Part shown: positions 26,012-39,611 of the stretch, piece after piece
Position numbering within the stretch: position 1 is the stretch's first letter
How the letters are laid out: each line of letters begins with the position of its first letter
DNA from: Octopus sinensis
Lineage: Eukaryota
Direction of reading: 5' to 3'
Length of the DNA: 64,000 bases
NCBI RefSeq assembly: GCF_006345805.1
Contig: NC_043002.1
Location: 86,924,001 to 86,988,000 of the forward strand
The notes under the pieces: model-generated
What the model was told of the DNA's origin: nothing
Database searches by the model: none
What the model saw: the letters and a program-made list of their open reading frames with translations, nothing else
Program-made: the position numbers and the translations under genes

Positions 26012-26593
26012 CATCTGTTTCCAAACAAGGTAATATCTTCCCATAGCTAGAAATGCTTTCCAAGACTGGAAATAAACAACCTCGCCTGTATGATGATGAT
26101 GATGATGCTCATTTACAACCATCACATGACCTCTAGACAATGGTACACACAAACATACGTCAGGCTTCTCTCAGTTTCTATCAACCAAATCCTCTCACAA
26201 GTCTGAGGGACAGAACCGAAGAGAGTTTTGGTTATGAAGTAAACTTACTTCTTAACTAAACATTCACGTGATTTTTAAATAAATAAGTAAAAGAGCCACC
26301 AACAAGTGCAAATGCACTAAATCTTACAAGTAACTTTACTGGTAGAACTATCAAACCATGGGATAAAAAAGTACAAATGAAAAAACGGACTGATCAACGA
26401 ACGAATATGGGGGAAAAAAAACAACCCAAAAGTTAAACACATTTTACAGTGGGAATTATCTCCCTTTACGTTAATTCCGAGTGTTGACTAAAGCCGAAAA
26501 AAACCTACCCACAACATAAGCGAAAATTTTAAAACCCTACTCTTTCTTTTCTATTAAAGAGACAAGAGGTAGGTATAATTCCGCTTTCCTTAC

Positions 26594-26720
26594 CATAGTA
26601 TTGGACAAGTTTAGAAAAATGTGTCCGAGGAGAACATCATGAGAAAAAAAAATTCATACTGTAATCGTAATTCAGGAAGAAAATTAATTTTGATACAAAC
26701 GCATAAATAATATACAAACA
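26594..26720 (-). promoter_or_regulatory. Candidate first exon ending in ATG, in a CpG-enriched patch
   Basis: Minus strand ...ccaatactATG|GTAAGG donor at 26593; CpGs are locally frequent at 26390-27000. The 5' boundary is approximate. Confidence 0.4.
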
Positions 26721-27011
26721 CATAAACACATGCTTGTCAATCTCTTTACATACATATGGACACACGTGCGTGCGTGTTTATAAATATATAAATACACACG
26801 TGTGTGTGTGTGTACATATATGCGATCTAAATGTGCGTATATATATGAATATATATTTACAGAAACACGTGTGAGTGCGTTTTGTATCTGTAATAGATTG
26901 ATTTGTTCTATACAAATCTTTCAGTTTGTAAAGCTAAGTATCACATATGTAAACGGTAACTGAATATTATTATAGATCATACGTTACGTATTTACATAAT
27001 TATATCAATTT

Positions 27012-27431
27012 GGATCTTTTCGGTTTAAACGGCAGTTTTTAACATAATTTTTAGGTAACTAAAAAAAATGTTAAACTTCGTATACTGGTAGAATGTGCTT
27101 ATAAAACATCTTTTTCTCTTGGCTTTATTGAGAAAATTCTATGGTTTGTAAGATACTTGTTGTTCTTTTTCTTCAATTTCTGCAATTTCAACCAATCACT
27201 GACGTTTATTGAGGTAAAAAAACATTCTGTGCCGTATGAATATGTCCCTCGTTTAAGAAACAGATTGGGTTTATTTACATTTGTGAAGAAACAAAGATAC
27301 CCTTCCCCCCACCTCTAACCCTAACCCTAAAACAGATTGAAATGCAATAGATCGATACTAGGGTCATAATTATGGGTGACAATTTCATATGACACTGCTA
27401 GAAAAAACTGCTGTTCAAACCGAAAAGATCC
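27012..27431. mobile_element. GGATC/CCCTAA MITE copy 2
   Basis: Same TIRs and body as copy 1; no matching 8-bp TSD (atcaattt versus taagcaag). Confidence 0.93.
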
Positions 27432-27762
27432 TAAGCAAGTTTTGATTTCACTCTGTGGCATCTGGGGTAAGTGTCTTCAACAGTAAGTAGATTTAGTAGA
27501 TGGAAACAGAAAGAGAAGTTACGTGTGTGTATCTTGATATCTTATGATAGTCGTGAATGAGCAACACTGCCATACAAGAAGTACCGTTTGTTTCCAATTT
27601 TCCATGAAAACACGTCTTATCATGAAGAAGTATGTTAACTGAAACTGGTGAGGATTGGTGGCAGGAAGGGCTTCCAGCCTTAGAAAATCTGCCTCGACAA
27701 ATTTCAGTAAGCATTTCAAATTGGTTGTTAAAACAATGACAATGATGAAGTATACTCTATAT

Positions 27763-27981
27763 CAGTGCTTTTCAAACTTTTTGCTGGAGCGGAACCCCAA
27801 GAAAACATTCCACTGGCTCGAGGAACCTCTGTGCAACAATTTAATAGTCTTATGCACACATATCTGCACAGGAGAATTAAAAATGACTGCCGATTTTAGC
27901 AATTTTGTAACTTCTTGCGGAACCCCTGGACTGTACTGGTGGAACCCTAAGGTTCCGCGGAACCCTGGTTGAAAACCACTG
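27763..27981. mobile_element. hAT-superfamily MITE
   Basis: Termini CAGTGCTTTTCAAAC...GTTGAAAACCACTG; perfect 8-bp TSD ctctatat. Confidence 0.92.
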
Positions 27982-28454
27982 CTCTATATTATTACTCTGC
28001 TATGGTTTACTTATGTGATAGTTAATTATAAAAATGATACTAGAAGACATAATTCATTACAGACACAACATTTATTTGTATGAACAACTGACTGATGAAA
28101 CTACAGAACGAAATCAAAGACAGTACAACAGCTATTATTTATATTTACTCACAAAGCAATTGATCAGGAAATAAATGTTTAAAATCAAGTGTAATATGTA
28201 AATTATAGATATATAGTTTTAGAAAGGTTAGGGGACAGCTACTGTATTTCATTTACAGGGATTGTGGGTTTAAGTCCAGGGATGTGGACATTTTTTTGTG
28301 ATCTGAAAATACTTATGTAGTAGTGTTTAAGATTTGTTAAGACTTCACCAACAGTCATACCATACCAGATTATTACTATAGATATATGTTATCGTCAATT
28401 TCATTTATTAATCAAAATAACTTAATACATTATTCTTTCAACTAATAACACAGA

Positions 28455-28797
28455 CTGGCTTCCGTGCCGGTGGCACGTAAAAAGCACCATCCAAACGTGG
28501 CCAATGCCTGCGCCGCCTTGACTGGCTTCCATGCCAGTGGCACGTAAAAAGCACCAATCCGATCATGGAAGTTGCCAGCCTCGCCTGGCACCTGTGCCGG
28601 TGGCACGTAAAAAGCACCCACTACACTCACGGAGTGGTTGGCGTTAGGAAGGGCATCCAGCTGTAGAAACACTGCCAGATCAGACTGGAGCCTGGTGCAG
28701 CCTCCTGGCTTCCCAGACCACGGTCGAACTGTCCAACCCATGCTAGCATGGAGAATGGACGTTAAACGATGATGATGATGATGATGATGATGATGAG
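28455..28797 (+). mobile_element. RTE 3'-UTR element (family 4), three tandem units, (GAT)n tail
   Basis: Three GGCACGTAAAAAGCACC units; tail ggacgttaaacgatgatgatg. Confidence 0.9.
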
Positions 28798-30281
28798 TCA
28801 CAAAGGAAAGGCATAAAGAAGTAAACTACCACAATAGACAATTATAATTAGCTCTTTCTAGAATGTTTCACATCATGACATAAAAATAACAGATAACAAC
28901 TATCAACATAGAAGAGGAGACAAATGTATAATATGTATAACAATATATATCTAATATAATAAAGAATTGTTTTCAAACATGTTCTTTCTTAAGTACTACC
29001 TATGTGGACTTTATACCATCCCAAGAATCAAATGCTTCAAAAGAATACAATTTCAAAGGAAATTATGTGTTTCATGGTTCTCCGTGGGAATTTTAGACAA
29101 TCTTATAAGTATCAAAATATGCATGGGATTTCCATGGGTACTGCATGAATTAAAAGATATAAAACAATAAAGGAAATAAATATACAATATAAAATGTATA
29201 AAATATATATACAACATAAAAATATGCAATGTAAGTTATGTAATATATATATTATGCACATGCATAATATACACAGCATATGTACACCATATATATTACA
29301 ATATGTGGCAAAAAATACACAGCATATACACACCATACATATATACACATTACATATAAAATATAAAAATTAAAATATATGCATGAGATAAAAAGAGATA
29401 CATATACAATAAAAAAGTGCATATAATATAATAAAGAAATGCATATCTATAGCAATGAGAAATAATATTTATAATGAAGAAATATATATTTTATATATAT
29501 ATATATAATATAATATAATAATGCATATATATATAAATAAAATAGAAATGTAAGTGGAAATACAAAAGCACCATATATCGACAATCCAGCTGCCTTTCAA
29601 TTGGATCCTGGCCACCCTTAACAGAAAAATCAGGAACACAGCACTGCACTGCAGACAGTACATCACGTTGTTCTAAAGATACAGGGGCACCACCCTTGAG
29701 ACAATCCAATCAAGAGATAAGGAAATGAAAATCCACATGATTCCATACCCTTCACAACATCAAATTTAATACTGAACATCCAACAGGAGTTGGTTTTATA
29801 AGCCTACTTGAATTTTTTAAAGTTAAGACAAAATGCAGTTGGAAACAGAAATGAAGAATAGACATCTCTCTTCATATAGACTCAGAATCCCATTTTATGT
29901 CTGAAGTGCTGAGTAGTGAAGAACAAACTGTTGTATGGAAAAATTTGATGATGCCACACAGATAAGGTGGCATAGCCAGAATTCAGAGAGAATTTATAAA
30001 TATTCTCTCTGAACAGATTCAGCCATTGAACTTTGGCCAAGCTAGGGCACTCACTACCTTGGATGGTTTAGCTGATCAAATCAATCCCAGTACTATTCTA
30101 CATTTGAGCCTTCTTACATTGATTTCATTTTGGCAAACTGCTAAGTTACAGGCATATAAACAAACCAACATTGGTTTTTCAAAGAGTAAGAAGTGAACAT
30201 AATGAAGCATACACACATATACACAATACTAAAATTCAAGGTATGTTTCTCTGTATGAGTGTTTACTATTTTAAAATTAAA

Positions 30282-30645
30282 CTAGCACTATGACCCGGCG
30301 TTGCCAGATCATAGTGCTAGTGCATGCATATACAGCTGCGTGCGTGTGCACATACACACGAGTACTGTCCAAATCTCCGACCAATCACATACAGCTAGCT
30401 GGTATTCAATTGGCGTATCAAGTTTCCGGCATTTTGATTGGGTTTTGGATAGAAAATTCACAAAAAAGTCACTTCTATTGATTTTTTAATGGCTTTGCGG
30501 GGTGACTGGGGAAATGTAAAGATGTGCACGACCACCCTTGGACGGTTTTGAATGACCATAGAAAGTGCAAGCTCTCTAACTGAAAAATTGTGGATTTGTA
30601 TAAAGGACACACACACAGACATTTTGCCATTTATATATATAGAGA
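30282..30645 (-). mobile_element. Non-autonomous Helitron
   Basis: Minus strand A|TCTCTATATATA ... hairpin, CTAG|T; inserted between A and T with no TSD; sister copy at 34907-35192. Confidence 0.85.
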
Positions 30646-31567
30646 TAACACAATGTCAGGATAAAATGTTTTGACCTATATAGTCTTGAAAAATCTGCAT
30701 CTCACTAGAAGCCTCAAAACAGAAGAATTTTCTTCATTGTAGTAATGCATTACATAATTTGTCACCATTTTCTGAATGATCAAACAAACAAACAAACAAA
30801 AGTTAAGAGGAAGAGTGTAAGGGTTTTGGTGAGAGTTAGATTCAGCTTCAAGGAGGGGAGGGCATATTGTTACTGACAAGCAGTGGTCTGGGAATGCTAT
30901 GATGATAAGAGATTATGTCGTTAATGGACACCAAAGACATAACATGCACATAACCACATACATTCTCACATAGCTGCACTCTTCTGTTCATATCACACAC
31001 ACACGCATGTACAAAGGGTCACATATAGATGCAGGAACATTTATATTATTATACAGACAGATGGACAGCTACATTCATGCACATACACTGTTACTTGGTG
31101 TTTACACACACATATACACATGCATTAACACTTGTACATATATATGTCAAACTATAGAAGACATACTCAACTTATTTAAAACAATACTACTGATTAAATA
31201 GAGGTGAGAGTTGCACTAATTTCGTAACAGTAAAATGTGTGAGTGAATGATCTTTATTTTTGAGTCAACAATTTGTGTATATGTTAATGGGTGCTTGTGT
31301 GGATAACTCTGCACTCTTGTAATGGTTGTACTTGTCACTTTAGTACACAAATGTGTGTGTTTCATTGCAGTTTATGTGCATGTAATGTTATGTGTAGATG
31401 ATGCTGTGGGTATACATTCAATCTAGGGACCTTAACTGAAGAATCCAGGGGCTTTAACTAGAGAATGTTAAATATTCATTTTACTACTAATTGATTGTAT
31501 TTGGAGGATGCAAATAAATTTGTTTTGTTATTTAATAATAATGGAGAACACAGCATTTCTGTGTTAG

Positions 31568-31794
31568 TACATAAGTCTATTGTTACATAACGCAGTGCAC
31601 CTACGATATAAGGTATGAACAAAAAATTCTATAGCCTAGATTTAATAGCTGTAAGTTTCTCATTAGCTCCCTACAGATATCCTCTTTTACTCCAATTTTA
31701 CATGAGAAATTCACATGCAATGGGCACCTGACCCTTGCAACAGAGCAGGATTTTTATTTGCAGAATAATATCAGGACTATTGCATTTGCAACAG
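31568..31794 (+). CDS. Two candidate exons 31568-31612 (YISLLLHNAVHLRYK) and 31677-31794 (ISSFTPILHEKFTCNGHLTLATEQDFYLQNNIRTIAFAT)
   Basis: tttctgtgttag| ... AAG|gtatga, then ctccctacag| ... ACAG|gttgct; phases are compatible, but the intron is only 64 nt and the second donor is weak. Confidence 0.3.
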
Positions 31795-32951
31795 GTTGCT
31801 GTTTATATTTCATCACACATACACACACACAAAAACATTAACCAAAATACCTGGAGGTAAAATTCAGGGGATTAATATTACAGTGAATCAACAGTTGCAT
31901 GGTGATGAAACTGTGTCTGCATGAACTGCTTTCGATACCAAAGAAACTTTGAACTCCCTAAGTGAGTTCCAGACTTAGTACCCACTGTAGACTTTTTTTT
32001 TATTAAAAAAAATATTTCTTTGGATTTCTAGGTTTTAAGAGTCTGGGGTTATAACATTGTACAATAAAATTGTTTTCAAAATTCTAACCATTAGAAACCA
32101 TGCCAAAGCGAAACAAGGCATGGTCTCCCAACCACAACTCCAAATAAGAACTGAACACAGACTGTGACGACTTATCCAGCCTATGTTTGCATGTGTGTGT
32201 GAATCAGAGAGAAAGAGAAAAAGTCAGACAGAAAGTGTGGTAGAAGCAGAAAGTGGACTATTTCATGTGAATCTATTGAATTTACAAAAAAGAAAATAAA
32301 AAAAGTAAAATAATTGGCAACAGAGACAATATTTGTGTGACATATACTGAAATCAGTTTAAACAGGTGTTCCAATCAGATAGAAATATCTAACACCTGCT
32401 GATTGCCAGAGTAAAAAATCTACTGTACCGTGAGAATTATTATATCAGGTGGTCAACGTACTCATGTCCCATTATACACACTCGATCAATTTATAAACAA
32501 AATGTTAGTTTTGTTTATAAACAGATCATACAGATATTATAAAGCTTCTTCTAAGAAATCCTTTTTGTCTTTAGGCTCCTGAACAGCTCATTACGTGCTT
32601 GTCATGTAACGTTTTTTTGTTTTTAATTATTATCTGATCATCTGGAAATGTCAGAAAATATCAACATATTCTCAACAAAAGATTAACCAAGATTAGATCA
32701 CATGAAAACACACATGGTCATGTGTTTTTTGAAGCTGGGTTGACATTTATCTATTTTTGATACCAGACTTAATTAAACTCATTAAAACATTACAAATAAA
32801 CTATACATGAATAAACTAATTGGTAAAAATCAAATAAATATTGATAAAAAATTCAACTCTAAGATTGAACTCTACCTGTATTTGTTCATTTTCTCTATGC
32901 TGACATAGGATGGACAGGTACATATTTGAGATGATATATTAGTGGCTAGAT

Positions 32952-33433
32952 TGTAGTGTGCAAGAGAGAAGACTGCACTGGTATGGTCATGTGATGAGTA
33001 TGGATGATGACAGCTGCATAAAGAAGTGTCAACCTCTAATTGTGGAGGGAATCTGAAGAAGAAGTAGACTAAGGAAGACGTTGGACAAAGTGGTGAAATA
33101 TGATCTTTGGTTGTTGGGTCTCATGAAATTGATGACAAGTGACTGAGACCTCTGGTAATTTGCTATACTTGAGAAGACACATCAACTGTGGTTGTGGCAA
33201 CTGCCGGTGACATGTAAAAGGAACCCATGCCAGTGGTACATACAAGGCACACGTGCTGGTAACAACATAAAAGACAAGCAGTACACAGTTGAGTAGTTGG
33301 CATTAAGAAGGGCATCCAGCTGTAGAAAACAAGTCAAAGGAGAATGGAGCCTGGTGCAGCTCTCCAGTTTACCAGATCCAGTTAAACCCATGCTAGCATG
33401 GAAAACAGACGTTATATGATGATGATGAAGATG
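32952..33433 (+). mobile_element. 5'-truncated RTE LINE: ORF C-terminus running into the family-4 3' UTR
   Basis: CSVQERRLHWYGHVMSMDDDSCIKKC...RKTLDKVVKYDL..., followed directly by aaaggaaccc...aagggcatccagctgtagaaa...cccatgctagcatggaaaacagacgttatatgatgatg. Confidence 0.85.
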
Positions 33434-34906
33434 CTCTTCTTGTTGTCAGCCTTTCCCTGTTTTTACAAGGCGGCTTTTATTCTAAACACATCAGAAGCAC
33501 AGAGTAATGGACTGTAATATTCACCAGGAATGAAGTCACAATGCTGCTGCTTTTTTTCACTCAGACGACCTCAGGCAAAATGCAGAAATGACAAATTTCA
33601 CATACACACATCTACCAATTTTACTCACAAGGTAACTAGTAAACCTGAGGTAATAATAGAAGACACTTGCCCAAGGTATTGTGCAGTAAGACTGAACCTA
33701 AATAGTTTTTTTTCCATACATTTATAAATTTGTTTTACTGTGCATATCTTATTTTAGAATAGGCATACTACATTCCTACATGTCGACATCAAAAAGGGCA
33801 TTTGGTCATAAAACATTGTCTCAAGAAAATAAAAAAAATTCAACCCATGCCAACATATAATAGTAACACTAAATACTGATAATGATTTGTGAATCTGTTA
33901 TGCCTAAACATAATGAGTTATCAGAAAATAAACAAACATTTTCTCACATTTTAACTAGAAGCATTGTGTTGAATTATTTGGGTGGTGTATTAACTAGCTG
34001 TGAAATCTATCATTACATATAAGATTTCTTTTTATTTCTCAGAAGCCAAATTCCCAAGCAGATATAAGAGTTTTTTATACAGGATTATATGAGGACACAT
34101 TAAAATCATCTTTATAATGGTGCAGTGAAAAACATCCAAATGACTTTGAAGTTTTATTATTGACTGGCTTCATCACAGTGTCTGATTAACACTGTAGTTA
34201 CTGCAGCTGTTGTTCCAATTAATTTTTTTTTAAATAACAAAGAATTTAGTAAAATAACTTTGTCTGGTGTTTGGAATATAGACTAACATGAAATGTTGAT
34301 GGAAAGATTTAATTTAGATCACTTTAAAACAAGAAGAATAATCTCCGGCAGATTGGTATCAAAAAGGTTTAATAGGGATATGTTTTACATCTTGGTTAAT
34401 CAATGCTCTGAGTTCAAAATTTACCCTTAATTTCCACACATATTTTAGAATATTTGAATTTATATAAGGGTATAGGGCAGAGGTTGAGATTCTAGTTTGC
34501 GATTGATAATTGTATACTAATTCTGCAGTAGTAAATGTAGGACTTTTATCCCACCTGTGTCAATATAATCCACACTGGCAATGATCAAGAGATGGGATAA
34601 TGTTCTTTCTAATTATATAAGAAAGGATGTTTCTAAATTACACACAAAAGCAAAATATAAAATATTTGTTTACTAAAATATATGACCTGCAATTTGATTC
34701 TTCAAGTTTCGTCAGATAAATAAAATAATATTGAATTAATTTTTATAATTTTCTTAATGGAAATAAAGTGGCTGTGACGTTAAGGTTTTTTGACCACAAG
34801 CTTGTAACCACATTGAGTTTTTAACTTTACTATAGCTGTTGTGATGTGATAAAATACATAATTCTGCTTGTCGTAGTCAATCAAGAATACAGCAACTACA
34901 TCATCA

Positions 34907-35192
34907 TCACTCTATATATAAACGGCAAAATGTCTGTGTGTGTGTCCTTTATACAAATCCACAATTTTTCAGTTAGAGGGCTCGCACTTTCTATGGTCAT
35001 TCAAAACAGTCCAAGGGTGGTCGTGCACATCTTTACTTTTCCCCAGTCACCCCGCAAAGCCATTAAAAAATCAATAGAAGTGACTTTTTTGTGAATTTTC
35101 TATCCAAAACCCAATCAAAATGCCGGAAACTTGACACACCAATTGAATGCCAGCTAGCATTATGCCCCGGTGTTGCCGGGTCATAATGCTAG
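34907..35192 (+). mobile_element. Non-autonomous Helitron (internally deleted sister of 30282-30645)
   Basis: tctatatataaacggcaaaatgtc start; CCCGGtgttgCCGGG hairpin then tcataatgCTAG|T. Confidence 0.85.
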
Positions 35193-35521
35193 TATAGTTA
35201 TAAAATATATGTAAAAGCGAAAAATGAAATATGTTACATTAGCAACAAAGAGGGGGGAATGTTTGTTTGGAGTACAGCCTTTTATCAGACTAGACTAAGA
35301 TAATATGCAAATATTGAAATTTGTAAAACTATATGACCCATACAAGTATTGAGAAATCTTAATAACTATAATTTCAAGACTGGCATTTAGCATTTCAGGT
35401 ATTTCTTCTTTATTGATTAGTTAGGAGGAATGGCAGTGCCTATGAACCTTTACAGGTGTGTGTGTGAGAGTGAGTGAGTGTGTGTGAGAATGTATATTGA
35501 TAATATAGATATTACGCTTTT

Positions 35522-35902
35522 ATGTTTTTATTTGTTTCAGTCATATGACTGTGGCCATGCTGGAGCACTGCCTTTAGTCAAGCAAATCGATCCCAGGACT
35601 TGTTCTTTGTAAGCCTAGTACTTATTCTATTGGTCTCTTTTGCCAAACTGGGGGACATAAACACATCAGCATCGGTTCTCAAGCAATGTTGGAGGGACAA
35701 ACACAGACACAAAAACACACACACACACTAATATATATACACATATACACGACGGGCTTCTTTCAGTTTCTGTCTACCAAATTCACTCACAAGGCTTTGG
35801 TCGACCCAAGGCTATAGTAGAAGGCACCTGCCCAAGGTGCCATGCAGTGGGACTGAACCCAGTGCCATGTGGTTGGTAAGCAAGCTACTTACCACACAGC
35901 CA
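35522..35902 (-). mobile_element. SINE family 1
   Basis: Reverse complement of the 19016-19429 type sequence. Confidence 0.9.
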
Positions 35903-37602
35903 ACAAATGGGAATTTTTACATGTATATTTTTATTTGTATGTAATTCTTCATTTAATATTGCTTCAAGTTTGAAATTTTATTGCTTCCAGACGATGCCTT
36001 AGTAATTATGAAGTTATTATATATGAATATGTGGTTTTTACATTATGTGGTTGACTAAAACATTATATATTCTGTAGCACAATATAGTACCAGTATCTTA
36101 GTAATAAAATAGAAATAGAGGGGGGGGGAAAGCACCAAAAAACCTAAGATAAGCACTGTTGAATATAATAAAAAAAATGTTTTATCAGAGACTGCACAAT
36201 TTTTATTTTCATACAATCTGCTTCACTTCAAAATGTAAAATGTATGTTAAAAATGAATACATTGAAAATAAATAAAATGTTTTTGTTGCAAAAAAGAAAA
36301 AAAACGAAAAAAGATAAAGAACCCAATTATTTTCATAATTACACTTTTTTAATGTGCATGTGTTATTTAATTTATAGGACTAATTTATTTTAATAAGAAC
36401 AAGGTCAGGTTAACCTCACATCAGTAGTAATGTGCAACTAACACAGTTAAAAAAACAAACACACACACACACACACACACATACAAGATGATTGCAATTC
36501 TACTGCTACAGTTAGTAGCAGAGAATGAGTTTCTCTAGAATGACTAGATATTTCAAAAGTTGTATAAATTCATTTCAGATTAAATGAGGTGAAACTTGTC
36601 TCCACGAACATAGTGTTTACATGGCTCCATATAAGCTAATTGGCACTGTATAAACTCTCACATACTCCAAAGGATCTAATTAATACTGAAACATTTCAAG
36701 CCAAGATGAAAATGAAAGCAGGTGTGGCTGTGTAGTTAAGAAGTTCACTTTGCAACAGCTTGGTCCCAGTTTCAATCCTACTGCATGGCACAATAGTACT
36801 TTGCACAAGTGTCTTCTACCACAAACTCAGAGGGGGAATTTGGTGGAAGTCTGTTGGAGGAATGGATCATTCATGTTCTTGGATGGTAGATTTAATCCTT
36901 TGACCAGTTTAACACCATCATCTGAACCTTGAATGTCATTTAAAAAAGTATGCCTAGTTCCAATTATTTGGGGCCAAGTCTCCAGTCTGAAAATAGCTTC
37001 CCCTCTTTCACTTGCCAGTTTTGGACGCCAGAAGAAAGCTCATGGGCCCTTCCCTTCCACACCTGACTAAGTCATTAAAAAAACGTTTCTGAAATGGGTT
37101 TCATACAAAGGCACATTATGTATGTGCAATGAAATGAATTAACCACCTATGACATAGATATATTATTTCTATGCTACATTTTTACTGCAGTAAAATTATA
37201 TTGTACAACTACATACTAAATGGTAAGCTAAGTATATTACTGCACTAGTTTACTACACTCCTTACAACAGATTTAACAAGAGAATCTTTACATTGTTGCT
37301 TGACTTGCTAGATTTAGCTACTAAATCTCATTAGCTCACACTTCTAATGCCTTAAAAACAGAAAGGACACAGTAGTCACAGTTATACAAAATGACAGGAA
37401 ATTCACAGCTGGAGTAGAAGGTATTGAAAAATATAATTTGGAGGAGATTTGGCCACTATTGCTAACAAGCCATATAACTAATCACATGAAAAAAAGCTTG
37501 CGACTTGTTACATACATATAAAGAATACCAAAGTGTTTAATATATGATTAACTATCAGAAAAATGATTTGAAATATGTGATATGAGCAACCTTAAACATT
37601 AA

Positions 37603-37823
37603 CCCTCTCGTTACTGTATTTATTTTGAGATGCTCTGTGTTTCTTTCAATTATTTTAAATATAACAAAGAATTTAGTAAAATAACTTAGTTATCATTCAG
37701 ATAATGTTAGGAACATAAATTGTGATTAAGGTTTGGTGGAAGATTTGAATTTAGAACCTTTGAAAACAAGACATTTGTACAACGGAGCCAGAGGCGGTTT
37801 CAGCCAGGTTGGTATCTAAAGGG
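37603..37823. mobile_element. piggyBac-like MITE family A
   Basis: TTAA at 37599-37602 and 37824-37827; reverse of 1458-1677. Confidence 0.9.
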
Positions 37824-37958
37824 TTAAAGGAGAAGAACCCCAGTCAATGAGAATATGTACCTATAAAGTAGTTTATTTTAAAATGAACAAGCACAGTATA
37901 CAATATCATTTTGTTCTGTTACTGTCAATATTATAGTTTTGATGTACTAGGTTAGCAC

Positions 37959-39545
37959 GGCGAGCTGGCAGAATCGTTAGGACACCAGGCGAAATGCTTA
38001 ACAGTATTTCGTCTGCCGTTACGTTCTGAGTTCAAATTCCGCCGTGGTCGACTTTGCCTTTCATCCTTTCGGGGTCAATTAAATAAGTACCAGTTACATA
38101 CTGGGGTCCATATAATCGACTTAATCCATTTGTCGGTCCTTGTTTGTCCTCTCTGTGTTTAGCCCCTTGTGGGTAGTAAAGAAATAGGTTAGCACAGCTA
38201 TCATAAATAAAGACAATGTGAGATTTGAGTCTCATGGGTAGCCTTACACCTTTTTGCTACCCATGGTGTTTTTAACCCACCATATTACAAGCCAATATTT
38301 GTAACAGTATCAAGGCAATGATCTGGCTGAATCGCTAGCACGACAGGCAAAATTCTTATTGGCATTTCATCCATCTTTATGTTCAAATGTCACCAAGATC
38401 GACTTAGCTTTTCGTCTTCTCAGTGATGATAAAATAAATACCAGTTGAGGATTGGGGTCAATGTAATTGATTTACCCCCTCCCTGAAATAGCTGGCCTTG
38501 TGCCAAAATTTGAAATCATTATTATTATTAAGGCAGCGAGCTGGCAGAATTGTTAGCATGCTAGACAAAATGCTTAGTGGTATTTCGCTGATCATTACGT
38601 TCTGAGTTCAAATTCTGCCGAAGTCAACTTTGGTTTTTCATCCTTTCAAGGTCAGTAAATCAAGTACCAGTTGAGTACTGGAGTTGATGTAATCGACTTA
38701 CCCCCCTCCCCCAAAATTTCAGGCCTTGTGCCATTAGCAAAAAGGATTATCATTATTATTAGGTGGATTAGCAGAACTGTTAAAATGTTTGATAAGATGC
38801 CTTGCCATATTTCTTCTAGCTCTTTATGTTTTAAGTTCAAATCCCAATGAGGTCAATTTGGCATACCATTCTTTCAGGATCAATAAAATAAAAAGGCCAG
38901 TCAAGTACTAGTGTCAATGGCATCAACTAATCCTTCTTTCTAAAACTGCAGGCCTTGTACCAAAGTTAGAAAGAATTATTATTATTATCATTATCAAGAT
39001 GGTGAGCTGGCAGAATTGTTAACACAGCGGGTGAAATGCTAAGAGGCATTACTATACTCTGAGTTCATATTCTGCTGAGGTCGATTTTGCCTTTCATCCT
39101 TTCAGGGTCAATGGAAAAAGTACCATTTGAGTACTGAAGTTGATGTAATCAACTATACCCGTACCCCAATGCCTATTATAGAAAGGGTTATCTATAACTA
39201 TTATTATTAGGTAGATTGGCAGAATTCTTAAAACTGGTGCTTACTTTTATTGACCCTTTCAGGGTCAATAAAATAAATGCCAGTTGAGGACTGGGATTGA
39301 TGCAATTGACTTATCTCCATCCACAAACTTGCTGGCCTTGTGCCAAAATTTGAAATTATTATTTTGTTATTATTATTATTATGGTGGCAAGCTGGAAGAA
39401 TCATTAACACACCAGGCTAAATGCTTAGTGGCATTTCTTCTGTTTTTACATTCTGAGTTCAAATTCTGCTGAAGTCAACTTTGCCTTTCATCCTTTTGGC
39501 GTTGATAAATTAAGTACCAGTGAAACACTGGGTTTGATGTACTTG
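37959..39545 (+). mobile_element. Cluster of about seven same-strand family-3 tRNA-like SINEs
   Basis: Repeated GAGCTGGCAGAAT...GAGTTCAAATTC...TTTGCCTTTCATCC...TAAGTACCAG modules, mostly separated by (ATT)n; the first copy 37959-38184 has an 11-bp TSD taggttagcac. Confidence 0.88.
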
Positions 39546-39611
39546 GACTAGTTATTATTTAAGACCACAAAATAAAATAATTCTTATATTTAAATTTTTC
39601 TCCACAGAATA

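Noticed and set aside
28088-28125. Hammerhead at CTGATGA...GAAA
   Set aside because: There is no stem II pairing and no correctly placed C...GUH helix III.
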